Made by a program: the position numbers and the translations under genes. 56,776 nucleotides of DNA. Origin: Escherichia phage Seurat. The notes under the pieces were generated by a model, which was given only the letters and a program-made list of their open reading frames with translations, made no database searches and had not been told where the DNA came from. The DNA is taken from sequence record NC_027378.1; one strand, written 5' to 3'. Shown here in pieces: positions 53,156-56,776 of the stretch. The number at the start of each line of letters is the position of its first letter. Within the stretch, counting starts at the first letter, position 1.

Positions 53156-53547
53156 TGCTATTAGTCGTCACCGGAGGTCGAGATTTTAAGCATGTGGAGT
53201 ATATTTACGCTCAATTGGATAAGCTGCATATGCAAAGAAGGATAACCACACTTCGCCACGGTGACGCTGACGGTGTTGACCGGATTTGCGCACATTGGGC
53301 GGAGCGCAACGGTATTAAAACAGAAGCATTCCCTGCCCCGTGGGACAATCTTTCCTTACCAAATACCAAGATACGGTATAATGCCAAAGGTGCTTATAAT
53401 GCACAAGCAGGCGCTTACCGCAACCAATTAATGCTGGATACTGATCCTAAACCAGATCACGCTATTGTGTTTCCTGGCGGAGCTGGTACTATGGATATGT
53501 ACAGACGGATTAAAGCATCCGGTATTCCTTACACTTTAGCGGAGTAA
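53155..53547 (+). CDS. SLOG/LOG-like Rossmann-fold protein (DUF2493-like)
   Basis: VVTGGRDF, GDADGVDR and VFPGGAGTMDM glycine-rich motifs. Confidence 0.45.
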   Translation: MLLVVTGGRDFKHVEYIYAQLDKLHMQRRITTLRHGDADGVDRICAHWAERNGIKTEAFPAPWDNLSLPNTKIRYNAKGAYNAQAGAYRNQLMLDTDPKPDHAIVFPGGAGTMDMYRRIKASGIPYTLAE

Positions 53548-53550
53548 ATA

Positions 53551-54021
53551 ATGGCTGACGTTAAAACTATTGTTGATGCAATGGACGAGTCCAAAGACTG
53601 CCAACTGAAGAAGTCGTTTGAAGTAAAACAGGTTACAGAGACTCAGTTAGTCTGTAATTTTGCGCGTTATTGTGGACTGGGCCGTGGGAAAGACTGGAAC
53701 GGGCTTATTGTTATGCCCACATCACAGATCCTCGTTTACGTCCGCAATATTGTAGAAGATCTTTTGCGTCTTCAAATAGATATTGGTGACGTAGAAATTA
53801 ACATGACCGCGAGCTCTACCATTGTGGTTAAATGGCAGTCGGGCGAGACACTGCGTTTGGAAGCGTGCCATTGTGCTAAGAGCCTACACCACCTGCGCGG
53901 TTGTCATTACCAGTTCGTTGGGTTTGTACATCCGCAAGGGTTAAGCGAGCGTACGGCGCTGGTAGCGCGTTTGCTGCTGCGTCCTTATAATAACGAGCCG
54001 GAAGTTATATACGAGGCATAA
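53551..54021 (+). CDS. hypothetical Cys/His-containing protein
   Basis: 156 aa. Confidence 0.45.
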   Translation: MADVKTIVDAMDESKDCQLKKSFEVKQVTETQLVCNFARYCGLGRGKDWNGLIVMPTSQILVYVRNIVEDLLRLQIDIGDVEINMTASSTIVVKWQSGETLRLEACHCAKSLHHLRGCHYQFVGFVHPQGLSERTALVARLLLRPYNNEPEVIYEA

Positions 54022-54022
54022 A

Positions 54023-54448
54023 ATGTCAGTAAATTTTGTCAAACAGCCAACTTTAAATACATGCGTTTCTGCGTGTTTGGCAATGATCCTTAATAAACCT
54101 GTTGAGGATGTTATTGAGGAATTTCACAATCGATATTATAACAATTGGGAAATTACTATTAGTGAATATTTGACCAAGAATGGAGTTAAACATCACTGTT
54201 GTGAAGGTGGTGGGCGTGAAACTTTGCATATGGGAGGTTTGTTCCTGTGCACGGTGCCAAGTCTTAATATTCCTGGCGCATTGCACCAGATTGTGATTGA
54301 TATGACGGATCACAAGTTTATTGTGCATGATCCAATTAAAGGATGGGAAGGTAAAAAGTTCTATGTTGGTCCGGATCAAGATCCTGAAGAGCTTGGAGCT
54401 TTTATCATTCATACTTGGGTCAAAGACGTTGAAATCCTGCCTTATTAA
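54023..54448 (+). CDS. papain-like cysteine peptidase, C39-like
   Basis: QPTLNTCVSACLAMIL matches the Gln/Cys active-site region of C39 peptidases; downstream His and Asp (HQIVI, IVHDP). Confidence 0.55.
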   Translation: MSVNFVKQPTLNTCVSACLAMILNKPVEDVIEEFHNRYYNNWEITISEYLTKNGVKHHCCEGGGRETLHMGGLFLCTVPSLNIPGALHQIVIDMTDHKFIVHDPIKGWEGKKFYVGPDQDPEELGAFIIHTWVKDVEILPY

Positions 54449-54510
54449 TTTTCTTGCTATCACATAACCCTTCATTGTATTGTGTACCCATCGAATAAGA
54501 GGGGTACACA

Positions 54511-54696
54511 ATGACCAAACTATACGCCGGATTGTTTTTATTTGCGACGTTAATGTTCGCTGGGCTTTATACCTATACAGTAGTCGAACAACCTTCCACG
54601 GTTATCCGAATCTTTGCAAGTACAGGGCTTTGCATCTGTCTTATTCTATTTGTTTTATGCATTGTTATTATCCAAGACCAAAGGAAAGTTAAATGA
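54511..54696 (+). CDS. holin-like small membrane protein (2 TM)
   Basis: 61 aa, two TM helices, basic C-terminus QDQRKVK; RBS AAGAGGGG. Confidence 0.5.
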   Translation: MTKLYAGLFLFATLMFAGLYTYTVVEQPSTVIRIFASTGLCICLILFVLCIVIIQDQRKVK

Positions 54697-55157
54697 CCAC
54701 AATTGCGTTTGATGGAAAAGTATTAGCTGCGGACCGTGGCGTTATGCGCGGGGAAGCTGTGACTGCTTATAAGAAAGTTCATAGCGTGAATGGACATCGT
54801 GGACGGTTTTTACTGGGCTTGTGCGGTTTGACGGCATTTACCGATCAGGTGTTGCGTTATTTTAATAGCGCGGAACCTGTTAAGTTCCCTGATATTAAAC
54901 TTTACAGCAAAGATGATGATTACGGGCAAACTTGCGGTCTTGCTGTCACTCCGGAAGGTACTTGCCATTTTATTTATAATGATGGTACTTTGAGCGAGCC
55001 CATGCTGGATGGATGGGGATCTGAGGGTAGCGGTTGTGTGTTTGCTGCTGGCGCATTAGCTGCTGGTGCAAGTGCAAGCGAAGCTATTGAGCTGGCAATT
55101 AAACACACCACATGCGCATTCCTGGGAGTTGATACAATATCATTTGAGGGTTTTTAA
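54693..55157 (+). CDS. HslV/proteasome-like Ntn-hydrolase (putative Thr peptidase)
   Basis: N-terminal MTTIAFDGKVLAADRG (Thr after Met), YKKV, GSEGSGCVFAAGALAAG...SASEAIELAIK colinear with HslV. Confidence 0.55.
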   Translation: MTTIAFDGKVLAADRGVMRGEAVTAYKKVHSVNGHRGRFLLGLCGLTAFTDQVLRYFNSAEPVKFPDIKLYSKDDDYGQTCGLAVTPEGTCHFIYNDGTLSEPMLDGWGSEGSGCVFAAGALAAGASASEAIELAIKHTTCAFLGVDTISFEGF

Positions 55158-55418
55158 ATGACTACATTCAGTCACCTGATCCCACCTGCTTATCATAGTA
55201 AGGTAGTTGACCACGGGACGCATGTTGTAATTGGTGGCGAAATCTTTATCACAGATAACGAGGAAATCGCCATTGCAATTATTGACAGCACTCAGCATGA
55301 CTTTATGGTTATCCTGCAACACGAACCAGATAACTTCACTTTTTACTCCAGCTACGGGGTCGATAAAGGTGGAAAAAGCCTTGTTAGCTGGTACATTAGC
55401 GAGTGGTTTGACGGGTAA
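55158..55418 (+). CDS. hypothetical protein
   Basis: 86 aa; RBS GAGGG. Confidence 0.45.
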   Translation: MTTFSHLIPPAYHSKVVDHGTHVVIGGEIFITDNEEIAIAIIDSTQHDFMVILQHEPDNFTFYSSYGVDKGGKSLVSWYISEWFDG

Positions 55419-55500
55419 TCTCCTTAGATCAATTCTCCTTGCGCCGTATCAAGTTTCTCTGTTACCCTTGAGTGGTTCATGTCAAGCGGAGGAACTCGAT

Positions 55501-55938
55501 ATGGCACTTCAACCTCGTGGTATTCGTAATAACAATCCAGGCAATATTCGCTGGGGTGATAATTGGCAGGGCTTAGTTCCTGCTGATAAGCGAACCGATA
55601 AATCTTTTGCTCAATTCACGCAACCGATTTACGGCATTCGTGCGCTAGCGAAAATCCTGACAAACTACACCAAACGTGAAGGCTTACCCAATGTGGGTAA
55701 GAAAAACATCGACACTGTACGTGAAATTATCGCTCGCTGGGCACCGCCTAACGAAAACGATACGGAAGCGTATATTCGCTCTGTTGCCAAAGCAATTGGT
55801 GTTCAACCTAACGATCCAATTAATGTCTTCGACAAGGCAATTATGTCAGGATTGGTGAAAGCAATCATTCGTCATGAAAATGGCATGATGCCCTATACCG
55901 ACGACGTAATTAACCGCGCTATTGCAATGGTACTTTAA
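55501..55938 (+). CDS. hypothetical protein, positional candidate endolysin
   Basis: Start reset to the ATG at 55501 (RBS GGAGG); lies between holin-like and spanin genes; no catalytic motif recognised. Confidence 0.35.
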   Translation: MALQPRGIRNNNPGNIRWGDNWQGLVPADKRTDKSFAQFTQPIYGIRALAKILTNYTKREGLPNVGKKNIDTVREIIARWAPPNENDTEAYIRSVAKAIGVQPNDPINVFDKAIMSGLVKAIIRHENGMMPYTDDVINRAIAMVL

Positions 55939-55974
55939 CTGACGGGGCGTTAGCCCCTTTTATTTGGAGGGAAC

Positions 55975-56319
55975 ATGTTCAATTCACCCAACGAACATTG
56001 GGCAGTTCTAGCGGGGTTTGCGTTTATCTCCCTCATTGGGGGAGCTCTCGGTTATGTCATGCGTACAATAGACGCTGGTAAGAAAGTACGGGCAAGCATT
56101 GCATTTCTTGAAGGCTTATCCGCCGCTTTCTTTGGCGTTATAATGTATGCGATCTACAGGGAGTTTAACATCAGCCTTTGGTTCGCTTTTGGCCTTGCTG
56201 GCCTATTTGCTTGGGCAGGTTCACGTGCTACGCTAAAAGCCCTAACGTCGCTTATAGCTTCACGGACAGGGATCAAACTCGATTCAGGGGACTGCAAACA
56301 TGAAAACGATTCTAAATAA
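55975..56319 (+). CDS. membrane protein (3 TM), holin-like
   Basis: 114 aa; three hydrophobic helices; RBS GGAGGG; just upstream of the spanins. Confidence 0.45.
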   Translation: MFNSPNEHWAVLAGFAFISLIGGALGYVMRTIDAGKKVRASIAFLEGLSAAFFGVIMYAIYREFNISLWFAFGLAGLFAWAGSRATLKALTSLIASRTGIKLDSGDCKHENDSK

Positions 56320-56776
56320 CTTCTTCGGTTTTATAAAAACTAAACCGCGTCTGTTTATCGAGTATTTGATGATCGGCGCGGTTGTGTTTTTATGCGGGGT
56401 GGCTGCATACTTGTGGTCACAGAACGAGCTTAGCAAAACTAATTTAAATCATGCTGAGCAAAGACTAACTGTTGTAGAACAGGACAATGCAAAGCTGGGC
56501 GAAGCTGTTGTATTTCTTGCATCCCAACGGGAGAAGGATACTGAATCCTATCGAAAATTGGCTTCAGCAATTGAAAGTGAGCAACATAACCACAGGTTGC
56601 TTCAGGACAAATTAAAAGCACTGGAGAAAAGCAATGCCGACGTCAAAGCTTATCTTAATGAGCGTGTTCCTGATGATTTGCGCAGGCTGCTCGACGGAGA
56701 TACAACCTCCACCACCGCCGCAGATAGTGAAGATAAAACTTCCGGCTCATCTGTTGGTAGAATGTCGGGAAGTTGA
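56300..56776 (+). CDS. i-spanin (Rz-like)
   Basis: N-terminal TM helix then charged coiled-coil periplasmic domain; embedded +1 frame lipoprotein ORF. Confidence 0.65.
   Translation: MKTILNNFFGFIKTKPRLFIEYLMIGAVVFLCGVAAYLWSQNELSKTNLNHAEQRLTVVEQDNAKLGEAVVFLASQREKDTESYRKLASAIESEQHNHRLLQDKLKALEKSNADVKAYLNERVPDDLRRLLDGDTTSTTAADSEDKTSGSSVGRMSGS
56634..56776 (+). CDS. o-spanin (Rz1-like lipoprotein), 3'-truncated at the window end
   Basis: +1 frame inside the i-spanin gene; MPTSKLILMSVFLMICAGCST signal/lipobox-like start then PPPPPQ; no stop before the window end. Confidence 0.55.
   Translation, partial: MPTSKLILMSVFLMICAGCSTEIQPPPPPQIVKIKLPAHLLVECREV

Noticed and set aside
1-56776. tRNA genes, CRISPR arrays, integrase/recombinase, transposase or IS elements
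   Set aside because: I found no T-loop/acceptor-stem candidates, no spacer-repeat arrays, and no Tyr/Ser recombinase or DDE transposase motifs; the only arrays present are the iterons and the GC-rich tandem repeat.
56300-56776. Possibility that the window ends at a genuine genome terminus that truncates the i-spanin
   Set aside because: The i-spanin has an in-frame TGA exactly at 56774-56776, so it is complete; only the embedded o-spanin frame runs off the end.

Overview
The window (56,776 bp) reads as a complete, probably circularly permuted genome of a lytic tailed dsDNA phage of enterobacteria, with lambda/T1-like tail genes and a 7-deazaguanine DNA-modification cluster of the 9g/CAjan type. 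Layout: (1) 184-21104 (+) packaging and virion module: terminases, portal, scaffold, capsid, Ig-like protein, neck proteins, major tail, G/GT chaperone with a -1 frameshift, tape measure, M/L/K-like proteins, lambda-J-like tip protein, side fibre. (2) 18494-18727 (-) stand-alone lipoprotein with its own promoter. (3) 21134-49108 (-) long leftward block: small envelope proteins, family-B DNA polymerase, preQ0 biosynthesis plus DpdA, helicase, nuclease, SSB-like, Sak4-like ATPase, ligase, RNase H, dUTPase, resolvase, primase-helicase, HTH protein and a kinase-like early protein, punctuated by intrinsic terminators. (4) 46594-47224 iteron array plus AT-rich tract, a candidate origin. (5) 49557-56776 (+) small early/middle proteins, two peptidase-like proteins, holin-like proteins and spanins, the o-spanin frame running across the window end. 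No tRNA, CRISPR array, integrase or transposase was recognised. The ORF track often starts at TTG/GTG; several starts were reset to RBS-preceded ATGs. All functional calls come from motif recognition by eye, with no searches run; coordinates of non-coding elements are approximate (about +/-2 nt).
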